A DNA stretch of 64,000 bases from Camelus dromedarius (lineage: Eukaryota): the NCBI RefSeq assembly GCF_036321535.1, contig NC_087442.1, positions 1,364,001 to 1,428,000 of the forward strand, given 5' to 3'. The notes under the pieces are model-generated. The model was not told where the DNA came from. It searched no databases and saw only the letters and a list, made by a program, of their open reading frames with translations. The position numbers were made by a program, and so were the translations under genes. Positions 22,426-34,419 of the stretch are shown here, piece by piece (the stretch's first letter is position 1; every line of letters starts with the position of its first letter).

Positions 22426-25400
22426 GCATCACTTCTAGCTTTTGATTTAAAGTGAGAGATGTGTGACTCATCCTTTCGCTTGAATGCTTGGAGGCCCTTG
22501 TCAGGGAGTTAACTGGCCTGATGTCAATACTGTTGTGGTCAGGGGGTAGGGAGGCCCGAAGAGGGGGAGAAAGATGGGGGAACAGCCGATAGGTGGGGCC
22601 GTCAGAACACCCACAACATGTATTGAATAAGTCCGCCATCTTAGATAGGTGCGATCATGATGCCCAGACGGTCCCAGTAGTGAGATCACAGGCCACTCAT
22701 CACAGGTCACCATAGCAAATATGATAACGGATGAAGAAGTTTGAAATACTGTGGGAATTCCCAAAATGTGACAGAGAGACACAGAGTGAACAAACACCGT
22801 TGGGAAAATGGCCCTGATAGACTTGCCACAGACTTTCAATTGGCAAAAAAATGCAGGTATCTGCGAAGTGCAGTCAAGTGAAGGTCAGTAAAACGAAGCA
22901 GGTCAAACTCAGTACGTAAGAGCAGAAAGGGAAAAGGTGGTTTATTTCTTGGGGATGGTCTCATGTTAACCAAACTTATGTGAAACACCAAAATGTCAAT
23001 TTACTGATTTTTAATGGAAAACTGGGAAATACTCATGCATGGGTGTACGCCTCCCCTCACAAAGTAGCTGTTACCGAGAGCTGGTGGGCTGTGGACGTCG
23101 GGGTGGGACGGGCCCAGCGCCGCCGACGGGCTGTTGGTCTGGATTCAGAGCAGACGGCCTAAAGCGTTGTGTGCGTGTTTCCTGCTTAGTTCACTGTCAG
23201 TAGGGTAGCTTGTCTGCGGTGTTTTGGAATTCTTAGTCCTTTTTGTGTAAATGCACTCTTTGCTACATAAACAGTAAGACACTATTACCTAAATTATGAG
23301 GAATTGCTTTTATGCTATGTTCTGCTCCTTAATGTCTTGTACATTTTGCTGTGGTGATGTAGTAAGTAATAACCCTTATGATCTTTCTTCTGTTGTGTCT
23401 GTCTTGAGCTCGTGCCTGGGTGCTTTAGGAGAGGCAAGGTAAGGTATTGGCAGCAGTGTGCTCTTATAGGAGTGAGCGTTTGACCTCAGCCAGAGTGTGC
23501 TATTATGGAACTGAAAACTAATGTTCCAGTAGAAGAAATGTTTGTGCATTTTGCTTTAGTTCCTTTACTAAAACTAGAGATTGTCTTGATTATGTTTTAA
23601 GCATTCTCCTCCACCTACTATTTCCATATCCGTTTGTCTTTTTATGTCTTATTTCTGTCGTATGGGGAGGTAGAAAGCGCAGGCTCCAAGAGCTGGTAGA
23701 CCTGGAGTGAGAGAGAGTGTCTGGCAGGCCTCAGACAGGGCGACCACGGGCGGGTTATCTACCCGATCTTGGGTGTGAGCCTTCTTGTTGATAATACATT
23801 TTCCTTTATTGTGAATATTCAATCAGCACATACAAAGCAGCTATGTAGTAGGAGCTTTGCAAATGTTAGTTCTTATCTCTTCCATCAAGTTTATAACTAA
23901 AGAATTATTAGCATGGAATTAGAAGAAAAGATCTGACTTGCTGACCATTAAATTGTCTTGATGTGATGCAGTGTACTGAAAATTGTTTTTTTCCCAAATC
24001 TAGAATTTTGTTTAAACATTTTGATATAAAGTCCCTGTAGTCTTTTTACAATTTAGTTCTTTCATGTACATGTTGGAAAGTTGTTGTATTAATTTATTTA
24101 CTTGCAACCTGGAGGATTTTGCTTGATATCATGAGAAATTTCTGCCCATAAATTTAAATACGGTGACCATCTTATTTAGTTCAGTGAACTGGCAATGTTA
24201 GTGTTATTATTTTAAATTATCCTAAAGTACTTTCTTTTTGTCAAGTTTTAATAACTTGAGAATATTATATTTTTAGTTTTTCTATTTTCAATAACTGTAT
24301 TAAATAAATACATATATACATATGAGATAGACTGCAGAAAATATTAATATTAAAAAACATTTCACTATAGAGCTTAGCAACACTTTCTGTAAAGCTGTTT
24401 TCTTTGACGTGGGACCCAGACTCTTTTTGTCTCTGGTTCTAATGATTCCTTTGGGAGCTAAGGGGGAAATGTGTGGCACTCTAGGATGCCTGTTTGTAGT
24501 TTTTTCATGGTTTAAAATAATTAGCACCTGCCTTTATTTTCTGTTCTTTATTAGCGCTTCTATCGATCTTCCCCAGATGACTGCATGTATGTTTGGTGCA
24601 GTCTTGATGTCATTCTGAGCAAACCTTATCTTAATGTTACTAAGAGACCCTTTTTGTTAAACGGAAACAATGGCTTGATATTTATTTTAAATGTTCCGTG
24701 AATGTAGAAATTTTTCCCAGGCTTTCCTGATGGGTGGAGGCATAGTATATAAAATGGTGTTTACATACCTTCCAGGAGGTCAAGATGTCCATGCAAAATC
24801 TTGTTTAAATGTTCATCACCATAGAAACATATCAGCTTATTGTTAGAGCTTTTGTAAATATACTGTAATTTTCACTTCATTGATGTTCAGTACAGAGCAG
24901 TTAATGTGTAATTGGCCAGTGCAGAAATTTCAAGAAGCAATTGTATCATAACTATTTTAGTGTTTTAGACTTTACTTATTTAAATCTAAAAGAAATCTGA
25001 GTCTCCATGGGTTTAGCTTCTACTAGCTTATTTAATCTAATTTAAATTGTTATAATGTTGAGATAGTTGTAATTTCCAAAATAATAATGGTATGAAACTA
25101 ATGTAGTTAACTATATAGCATATGCTTCTTAAAAACAATACGATGTTTCCTTGGCAGAAAGAAAGTACTTTATTTTGATGGTGTTTTCTACTGAAACACT
25201 GAGTGCTTATTACACTATGATTTTAATAAAAGGGGTGGAATCACAGATTTATGTTTTGGGGGGAGGGTTAGGACAATTACTCTTACGGGAGATAAAAATA
25301 TTATGAAGTTCATGAAACCCTATTGCTGTATGGCTTAGTAGAAGCCTTCAAAACTATGTGAAGCAAGTACAACTGTTGGTAAGTAGTTCTCATAGTTCTG

Positions 25401-26658
25401 TGATCTTGTGTTCAGGAGACTTTTCTTACTTTTTAAGATGAACAATGGGAACCTTCTTCCACTGACAATGTTTCGCCACTTTGTCGTTTGCAGGGTATTT
25501 CAGTAAGTTATTCTGACATCTGGTACATCTTTTAGCTCAATGTATGCAAGAATGGACCCTCCCCTTGGGGCTTCCTAGCTCCCGATTGTGACTCTTAATG
25601 GTAAAATGAGCAGTAGGCATATTTTTGCTTATACTGTCCTGCTGGTGATTAATGGTAGTGATAAAAGCTCTCACAGTGCTTTTCGTTACTTTGCAGACAG
25701 AACCACGTACAAAAGTTTAAAAACCTCACACAGTACATGCCACAAAGCCTGTGGCTTTAGGCTTTGTAGTATTTTAATGGTCTCAAGAAAGGTAGTGATA
25801 ACAGTTCACATATTTTGGGCATGCATATGAACCAGTTGATGCTAAATTAACAAGGGAAGTTCATTTGTTTTATCTGATTATTTATAGTCCCATCACTGTT
25901 CTTCTCTTTGTTTTAAAGTTGTTGAAGGTAAAAAATCTGCCGCATTGCCCCAGTGAACAGCCTTGCTACATTTCTCTATTGGTTTTGCTAAAGCTTATAA
26001 ATGTGATACTTAATTGATTTGGAGTTGTGCTGATTTTGTCCCATATAATCACAAAAAGAGAATAAAATTAACAAAGGGAAACACAGCTGTCCTAGCCTTC
26101 TAGTGGATTAAGTCGGAACAATGGTTGTTTCTGACCACATCAGTTATCTTCGATACTTCATAGACAGATATGATCATACTCTGTAATGCTGATGGCTTGC
26201 TCTGTGGCGGCCTTTTCTGTAGGTGTAGTCCTGATGTACTCTCTTTTATTTAGATTGATGGCTGAAAATGAGCAGATTTCTTTGCATGAGTGATTTACTG
26301 TCTTTCAAAAGAGATGTTGATCCATTTGAAATAAATGTTGAAGAGTTCATGTGCCTTGACTACAGAGGTGGTTTTTTTTGGTTAAATGTTTCTTATTTGG
26401 CTGCTTAAGCATGTAAATGTACATTTTAGACATTTCTTCTTGATACTATTCATATATTTGTAATAGAAGAAGTGCCTTGGAATTATATAGCTTGCTTCTT
26501 TTTAGAAAGACTGTTCACATGTAATTTTTAATCACATAAGAGATTTATTTGGGGGGGCTTAGTTTGTAAGTAAATGTGAATGAATATATGGATGTTTAAC
26601 CTTATTGTCACTTTTAGACAGGATAATACTTAGGGTGCACTTTAAATACTATCTTTTT

Positions 26659-26732
26659 TTTTAACTTTTTTTTTATTGATTTACAATCATTTTACAATGT
26701 TGTGTCAAATTCCAGTGTAGAGCACAATTTTT
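26659..26732 (-). mobile_element. Very short 5'-truncated camelid-type L1 insertion with perfect 12-bp TSD
   Basis: poly-T then attgatttacaatcattttacaatgttgtgtcaaattccagtgtagagcacaattt; TSD tactatcttttt at 26647-26658 and 26733-26744. Confidence 0.8.
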
Positions 26733-27014
26733 TACTATCTTTTTCTTAATGAGGGAATGTACTTTTTCTTTATGTAAACATAAAGGAGTAATTTTTAAAT
26801 TTAATTGTAGATTTTCTCTTTTTGACATAAATGCTACTTACAAACACTTAAGAAAGAGCTATATAGCATGTTAAATGAGGCGGTTGCTTTAACCAAGGTG
26901 TTGTTCAAAGAATTTTATATCAAGATTAAATTTAGGGAAATGACCAGAAAGTACTTGAGAGTACAGAGAGTACTTACGTCAGGTTTTGTTTTTGTCGGAA
27001 GCAGACTGTTAGTA

Positions 27015-27220
27015 GTCTACTCTGACTAGTGTGGTAACTGTTAGCCATATGTGGCTATACAAATTTAAACTAACTGAAGTTCAATAAAATTAAAAAATCT
27101 GCTCTTCAGTTAGAGTAGCTGTGTTCTAAGTGCCCCGTAAACAGCGATGGCTGTCAGCTGTCTCAGTGGATGGCACAGGATGGGGCATTTCCATCAGTAC
27201 GGAAATGTGTTGACAGTACT
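27015..27220 (-). mobile_element. MER3 (hAT-Charlie) MITE
   Basis: tagccatatgtggctatacaaatttaaa...atttccatcagtacggaaatgtgttgacag resembles reversed MER3. Confidence 0.7.
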
Positions 27221-27239
27221 AATCACACATAATTTGTTT

Positions 27240-28800
27240 TCTCTCCTCTGTATTTATTTTACACACTCTCCAAACAGCAGAAGAATAGCAGGGCCCACCT
27301 TTAAGGATATACTTGTGTAGCACCTCGGTTGGTTGGAGAGCGGTGCTAATGAGATTGGGGTTTTATTATTTGTTGTTGCATTAATGCATCGGTTTCCTAG
27401 TTGCAGGCCTGTACCTCTGTTAGCAAGGTGTGACAGAGTGACGTGATCAGATTTGCATTTTGAGGAGACCACATGCTCACTGCGATGTGGGTGGCAGGTC
27501 AGAAAGGGAGGGGTGCGGAGGACTACTAGCTGGGAGGCTGGGGGTCGCCCAGGCCAGGTGGGCACAGCGGGCGGCAGTGGAAAGGGAAGGGGGTGAACTA
27601 GAGTTGTGATGACTTGGGGGAATCGAAAGGGCTTGGTGTTTGACAGGACCAGGGTCCGGGATGTGTGTGTGTGTTTTGGGGAGGGGTAGGTGTAGCAGGG
27701 AAGGGCTGATGAGAATATTTCCACAGTGTCTGGCAAAACCAACAAAGTGAATAATGGTGCCATTTATTGAGGAGGAGCAGGTGTAGGGGATGAAATAATG
27801 AATTAGATTAAAAAAAAAAATTTTTCCCCTTACCAGAGGCACTGGGGATTGAACCCAGGGCCTTGTGCTTGCCAAGCGCATGCTCCACCACTGAGCTATA
27901 ACCCCCACCCCAAGTTTGATTTTAGTATTCATTTTAAGGTACCTGTGATATCTAAGGGGGAGATAGCTGTTGGGGAATATGGATCTTGGCCTCAGTGGCG
28001 AGATTTGGACTAAAGGTGTAAACTTGAGAGTCGTTGGCCACATGAGGAGTCAAGACCATCTAGGGAAGAAGAGAGCAGTCTGTCTGGTGGACCATCTTCA
28101 TCAGAATTGACCGAGTGCCCCTTTGGGCTGGTACTCAGGAACTGACAAGCCCCTGCTAAGTCCATTGCATGCTGACGTTCAAGAAGCACTGATACAGCCT
28201 GCGAAAGGACGAACGTCTAAGACTGAGCCACGGGAGAAACGGGACCTTCACAGACTGAGAGAACTGTGAATGGATACAGAGAGACCCAGGCCTGGGGGAA
28301 GGGCACTGTGGGGACCGCAGGCTGCCTGGCTCTGTCTCACTGAGGGAGAGGTCAGGTCTGCGGTCGTGGAAGAACTCAGGCATGAGATTGGGATCAAGGA
28401 GAATGGAAAACACGTCCAGGCCTCAGAGGGAATCGTAGTCAGCGGAGATCAGTATAAGGATCGCCGTGTGGCACTGAAGGCCCGCTTTAGGATGTAGGAG
28501 CAAAACTTCTCGTGGTTTTGTACATTTCTTCAACAGTGCTGAGAATTTGGAGTGAGCGTCCAGTGGCGTTAAGCTGGTGGTGGAAGTTAAAGGGACCAGG
28601 AATACTGGAATATTACTGATACTGAATCAGGATTAGAATATTGCAGTTCACCATAGGGCTTAGGCAAGTAAAAACAAGACTGACTGGAGGGCAGAGAGGT
28701 TCAAGGGAGGAGATAATGACAAGACAGAGCTCGGTTACAGGCGGAAAGGTCAGAGGAAGCCGGGAAGTTGTGGGCTGAGGGAGCACCTCCCAGCATGAGG
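27240..28800 (-). mobile_element. L2 fragments, interrupted by a SINE
   Basis: gtgacgtgatcagatttgcattttgaggagacc... and ggatcttggcctcagtggcgagatttggactaaagg...gagagtcgttggc are reverse L2 motifs. Confidence 0.7.
27821..27911 (-). mobile_element. tRNA-derived camelid-type SINE
   Basis: Reverse complement GGGG..TATAGCTCAGTGGTGGAGCATGCGCTTGGCAAGCACAAGGCCCTGGGTTCAATCCCCAGTGCCTC has A box TAGCTCAGTGG and B box GGTTCAATCCC; not a foldable full tRNA. Confidence 0.85.
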
Positions 28801-29129
28801 TCTCAGAGGTGGGCCTGGGAGACGGTGGGTCCGGTCCGTCCCTGTGCAGGAGGACGTAGTAGATTGAAGGTCGGGCTCATTAGGAGTTTGTCTGGAACTC
28901 AGGGTGGCAGGAGATATGAGAACTTGTTACGAACTGGGTGCTCATATCATCAAGAAAGATGGGGTTATATCTTCTTGGTCTTTACGTGGTAGGTGGCAAA
29001 GATGGGAAGAGTGACAAGCTGATATTAGAAGATGGTATAAAATTAATTGAGAAACACAAATGATATGTGAATTTCCAAGCCTTGGAGATTCCAAACACAA
29101 AGGCAACGATTTGCACTATTACAGTTACC

Positions 29130-29350
29130 CTCACTAAGCACCAGACATTGAGCTAAGCATGTTGCATATATTAACTCATTTGGTCCTTACGACAACCCCA
29201 TGAGGTAGGGGTGTTATTAATAAACTCATTCTACAAAGGAGGAAACTGAGGCACAGTGGTGTTTAGTCATTTGCCCAGAGCTACCAACACCAGTTGGTCC
29301 ATGACAGAAACAGGATTTGGACTCAAGCAGTCTGCTCCTAGAGTCGGGGC
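29130..29350 (-). mobile_element. MIR SINE, near complete
   Basis: ttaactcatttggtccttacgacaaccccatgaggtagg...gaggaaactgaggcacag...caggatttggactcaagcagtctgctcctagag. Confidence 0.85.
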
Positions 29351-32124
29351 TCTTAACTAGCTTATTATACTGTCTGTCTCGTAAACTGAGCTTGGAGATT
29401 TTAAAAAAGCCATTCTTACGGGTGCCAAACTCTTGGATGTTTGTCATTTTAAGAAAAAAATTGAAAATTAAAAGCAACATTAGTTTGTTTTTATATTGCT
29501 TACTTCATACACATCCACTGTAGAAAATTGGGAAAATATAACAAAGCACGAAGTATACAAGAGAAAGAGTTGCTCATAACCATAGTCCTAGATAGCACAG
29601 GAGCTGGCTGTGCGGGACTCGCGGCTCCACTGTCACAAAAAACGCCTTCATGCTTTTGCTTGGCTGGAGGGCGGTCCCACGCCCTGTCACAGCTCTGCCC
29701 TGGCACATCTCCTGCCTGCCTACAGCCCGGGTGAGGGGGCTCGCTGCCAGGCCCAGGGGGGCTTCTCCCAGCCCTGAACCCAACCTGTGTGGGCCTTGGT
29801 TTGCTCTTCCCAGAAAGCCGTGTGAGCTTTCCACTCTTGTCGCCCAGAGCTGAGCGGAACGTGTCCCAGTACTTGCATCTGCCAGACCTGTGGGTGCTGG
29901 TTGTAGACACGAGACTCCTGGGTCAGAGACTGAGGGCTCCATCACTCGGCGTGCAAGCGCAGGAGCCTCCGGTTCCTGTCAGCTCCCCAGGACCCCAGCC
30001 CCTTGGGGTCGGTGCGGCCCAGGTGGAAGCTGGCCCAGGGTGGGCTGGTGTCGCAGCTGAGAGAGCCCGCTGTTCAGGGAGCCCACTTCAGCGTAATGGG
30101 CTGCAAGCAAGCCGTGGGGGACCTTGGCTTCCATATCGTGCGGTCTGCAGACCTGCTTCTGCTTCTGCTTCTGAGACACCGTCCCTGTCTTCCAAGGCTG
30201 TTTGCTGCATAGATCTCCTTGAAAAGACAGTCCGGAAAAGGGCTGCCCCTGCCTCCACTGGTGAGGCCACCCGGGGTGGGGGGGGCACTGCCTTCCGACG
30301 CGGAGTAGCCGTCTAGAGGAAAAGAAATGTAACTGCCGGGAAACATTGCTTACCAGGATATCAGCGGAAGTGTGTGACTCCTATTGGTGAGCTTGTCCCC
30401 AAATTTATTATCGTTGTAACACTTATTGTTACATTATTATCGTTGCTTCATGTAATAGTTACGACACGTGGTAGCAAAACGCAGGTGTTTGGGACATCAG
30501 GTCTCAGGTGGGTCCCAGCAGCGCGCCTGTTCGTATAATACACGGCACACTGTTGCGCTCGCACAACATCGCCCTTCAGATTTTGGCGGTGTCTCAGAGC
30601 TCGAGGGTTCCGATGGGCTGCTTGTGGGCAGGCGGGACTCAGAGGCAGGAAAAGACAAAGCTGAGAGGGTGTCATACACTTGAGAGCCCGCTCTTTCTGT
30701 TTTACTTACAAGCTTTTCAGGTAATGTTTAATGTAACTAAAAGGTTCTTGCTCAGAAAGGAAAAGAAGAAGAGTCAGTGTTAAGAGGTGGTGGTGTTTGG
30801 TGGAGCCTCCCAGGCGGTGTGAAAGTTGGGAAGTGCGGGTTCGGAGAGTTGCTCAGGGAGGTGGCGCTGTGTTTTCAGCCGTGTGCCTCGTGGCTGCTCC
30901 GTCTCACATGAGTAACGGCTCCTGGGAGATCCACGTGTTAGGTGAGTACCGGCTGTTGTCTCTGGCTTGCCGGCATCCCTGGCTGTGAGCACGTACGGGG
31001 CACTGACTCTCACTTTTGAGGACACATGTTAACCTGCCAAGGGCTGCCCAGTGGTCAGAAATGGACACTTCAACCCTGAGTCACCATTTAGGGCTGGGTC
31101 CGCTTGGCTGTGGTTTTAGGACAGTGCCTTTCCTATTGAATTTGAGGAACTGGGGTGCTGTGATTTAGTGCAACCCATTTCTTTCGTTCAGAAATTAGAA
31201 TATAATATTTAGGGCAAAATTGAAATAAGTGTATGTTTTAGATTTTTATTTATAACTCATGTCTTTAAACTTTTTAATTTGGAAAGAAAGATCACTTGAT
31301 TTATTGGGAAATGTGGATATACTTACAATTTTGTTTGTTGTGTTAGATGTTGTAAATTCGTGCATTACAGTAGAAATTATCAACATGAATCTTTACATTT
31401 AGGTACAGATTCAATCTTTTGGTGACTTTTCAGGAATATGAGAAAGTTTCGTTTTTGTTTTTATTTTTGCCTTGTTCGGTAGGTTTCAAGTTGAAGTCTG
31501 GTCTCTAGTTTTGTCCTGAGGGCAGAATTTGTTTTATATTTAAAACAGAATTGTACATAATCTTTCCTCATTGTAGTCGAGCCTCACGGATTTAATGAAA
31601 ATTCTATCTAAAGTGGAGAAGGGGCTGATACTTGGTTGATCTGCGCGGTTTCCAGCGCTGGGTTACCTGGAGAAGTTCTCGGACCGCGCACTAAGGGGCC
31701 CCGGCGGCTGCGGGGCGCCGCTCCGCACGGGCTCTGTGCCCTCCCCAGGTCGGGGCGGTCCCGCCGCCCTTTGGCAGTGTGCCTTGCTTAGCCTTCTAGT
31801 CCCTTGATTAGAGTCACAGGTGAAAATTTGTTAATCTGCAGTCTTGGTGGAAAGTGTTAGGAAAGTAATTAATTGTTTAAAATAGTTCTGCAAGATGTTT
31901 TTATGAATTTTTGGTACTTTCTTCAAAGCTTGATGGTATTTTACATAATTTTGAAAACAAAAGTCAGTCTAAACATTACAAACTGTAAACATTTAGTGTT
32001 TTTTGTCCTGCTAATAAATATAAATTTCCTCCCCTTCCAGAGGATTTTTATGCTTTCATATAGACAGAGACCTAATTGCTCATGAGATGAAATAAAACAT
32101 TAAAATTATGTCTTTATTTTTCAG

Positions 32125-32251
32125 GGAATCCGAGCCCGAATTTTAGAAACCCTGGTCATGCTTATTCTTCTTGCCTTGCTTATTCTTGGGATGGTGTGGG
32201 TGGCCTCTGCCCTCGTTGACAATGACGCTGCCAGTATGGAGTCTTTATATG
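32125..32251 (+). CDS. LMBR1: LMBR1 coding exon 6, 127 nt
   Basis: tttttcag|GGAATC...TTATATG|gtacca; GIRARILETLVMLILLALLILGMVWVASALVDNDAASMESLY; phase-compatible with exon 5. Confidence 0.97.
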
Positions 32252-32712
32252 GTACCATCACCCTGTTTAAATCAGTTTCTCTAGTGGTGACTCTGGTATG
32301 GGGTATAATTACACATGCACTTTTTAGAACATTTTAATAATGTTTTGTATGGTTATCCTTGTTAATTTACAAAATTAAAAAGACTTTAGACATGTTTAAG
32401 AAAAGAGATGAATGTTTGTGTGTTTCGTGCATGCAAAAAAAGCAAGCAACTTTTCAGACTTTTTTTTCCCTTCGGTTAATTGGTTTCTGTTCTTAAAATT
32501 CCATGGAGGCTGATTTTCTCCCTCCAAACAGGTTTTGCAAAAGGGTTATTTCCTGTTCTTCTAGTTTAGATCTTTTTATTGTACAATTTAGAAATTATAT
32601 GGTTTAGTAGACTCAGGCAATTATGATGTTTACTATACATTAATGTATAGTCAGTCTCTATCTTAATGTACAGTATTTTGGATGTACTAAAATATATTTA
32701 CATTTTTAATAG

Positions 32713-32781
32713 ATCTCTGGGAGTTCTACCTACCTTATTTGTACTCCTGTATATCATTGATGGGGTGTTTGTTACTTCTCT
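32713..32781 (+). CDS. LMBR1: LMBR1 coding exon 7, 69 nt
   Basis: taatag|ATCTCTGG...CTTCTCT|gtgagt; DLWEFYLPYLYSCISLMGCLLLL. Confidence 0.97.
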
Positions 32782-33004
32782 GTGAGTATATTTCTGGCAT
32801 AGTATTGATGGCAAAGTAGAGTTGTTCTGTGTTCTAGAAAATTATGGGGAAGCTTTCTGATGAGATTCCTTAATAGCTTGGAGATTTGTTTAAAAGCTGT
32901 CCCCTAACTTTTTTTTATGTTCAAGGTAAATTTTGGTAAATTGAAACCTTGAAATAATAAGATAGTTTTGTTTATCTCTAAGGAAAGCCTCTTCCACAGA
33001 GTTG

Positions 33005-33232
33005 GAAAGAGAGGGGGAGGCGGGATAGAGAGAGATATGGTCGGGAGAGAGATGGAGAGATGATGAGGGGAAAGATGGTGGGGGGAGAGATGTGGGGAGA
33101 GATGGTGGGGGGAGAGATGGAGAGAGAGATGGTGAGAGGGAGAGATGGAGAGAGAGATCGTGAGAGGGAGAGATGGTGAAGGGGAGAGATGGTGGGGGGA
33201 GAGATGGAGAGAGAGAGGCGAGAGAGGCAGAT
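33005..33232 (+). repeat. Compound purine-rich tandem repeat (~15-nt unit GGAGAGATGGTGGGG with GA runs)
   Basis: More than 10 GAGAGATGG-type cores separated by G or GA runs; visible directly. Confidence 0.9.
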
Positions 33233-33795
33233 ATGCATGCATGCATGCACACGTGCCCACTGTCACAATACTAGCTTCTGCTTTTGAACGGTAATGGTAG
33301 AATTCTGTATGTCTTTTTTTGTTTTCCAAAACTTTTTCAGTTTTACTTGAGGTATCAGAACATATCTCAGATGTTATAAGCAGATAAATGCGGGTTAAAA
33401 AGATTTGAAATTATAGTTGTCACTTTCAGATATTCTTGTCTGGTACTCAGTTCAATTAGTACTTGAAATTTAGTCTGTTCTCTATTTGGTTTTCTTTAAT
33501 TTATTTTAAGTGAAAATACTTATTATTATTCAGCTACTAAAGTCTTGCATGTCCCATGCCTCCTTTTAGTCTCCATGCATCTTTCCTTAAATACCAGAAA
33601 GCCCGTCCTCCGCACACCAGCCCTCTGGCTCCTTTAATGGTGACGCTGAAGAGTCCTCTGCCAAAACAGGGAGAGACCCTAGATTTGAAACAAGCGTTTT
33701 CTTACGGCAGTAGCCTTTGAGTTTGCTTTGTTTTTCAGACCAGTGGTTTGTCTGACTCTGAAGTAAATGTCTCTGTTGGTGATCTCATTCTGCAG

Positions 33796-33860
33796 TGTGC
33801 ACTCCAGTTGGCCTCTCCCGCATGTTCACAGTAATGGGGCAGCTCTTGGTGAAGCCAGCA
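33796..33860 (+). CDS. LMBR1: LMBR1 coding exon 8, 65 nt
   Basis: tctgcag|TGTGCACT...GCCAGCA|gtaagt; LCTPVGLSRMFTVMGQLLVKPA. Confidence 0.97.
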
Positions 33861-34419
33861 GTAAGTATGTCGTGGCACATCACTTTGTTTGTTACATAAA
33901 CATTTTTACGTGTTAACATCTGTTAGGTTCTCAACTGACATTCAGAAGCAGAAGAATTTTGTGTGTTTATGATCCAAATGGTTAGTTTTTATTTTCATCT
34001 TTTTCATCTTTGGAAACCAAATTTGTTTTTGCTCTTAAAATGCTAACTATAGGCATTCAAGTAAAAATTATTCTAGCAAATTTTAAGACAAAATTTACAG
34101 AAATTTACAGTATTTTAGGCATCCATTATTATATATCAAATAGTAATAACTTTATTATGTTTCAAGGTTTACCATACATATTCTTTGATTTACAAAGCAG
34201 TTATTTTTCTGAAAATTCATCTGTATCTTACATCTTGATTAATTGAATTTTACCTTTCTCTTTAATCTCAGAAATATTGTATATTCATTTTAAAATAATT
34301 TTCACTTGGTAGTAGTTTTGATGATTTGTCCCTAAGTTACTTTGGCCTCTAGTTATTTTGTCAAATATTTAGTAATATGAAAATAATTCTTACCTGTATC
34401 TGGGGAATTTGTCACATTA

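Larger units (their letters stand above)
20149..22905 (-). mobile_element. Near full-length Tigger1 DNA transposon (TcMar), decayed, with two nested L1 fragments
   Basis: Both termini recognisable (cagacacctcagagatattgtggg...; gcaggtatctgcgaagtgc...taaaacgaagcagg); minus-strand ORFs give transposase peptides ASKHSSERMSHTSLTLNQKLE, KPVLIYHFKNPRALKN...KAWGTAHPFTAW, MTTK...SNFERSSTV. Confidence 0.92.

Noticed and set aside
20503-22639. Possible domesticated Tigger transposase (TIGD-like) gene
   Set aside because: Frameshifts, stops and two L1 insertions; no intact ORF
27477-28043. 188-aa minus-strand ORF and tRNA-like sequence
   Set aside because: Chance read-through of L2 plus SINE; the tRNA-like part is a SINE head, not a tRNA gene
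29500-30350. Cluster of overlapping GC-rich ORFs
   Set aside because: No recognisable protein similarity or splice support; high GC lowers stop frequency
32890-33329. Low-complexity S/P/L/H-rich ORFs
   Set aside because: Translations of the purine-rich tandem repeat
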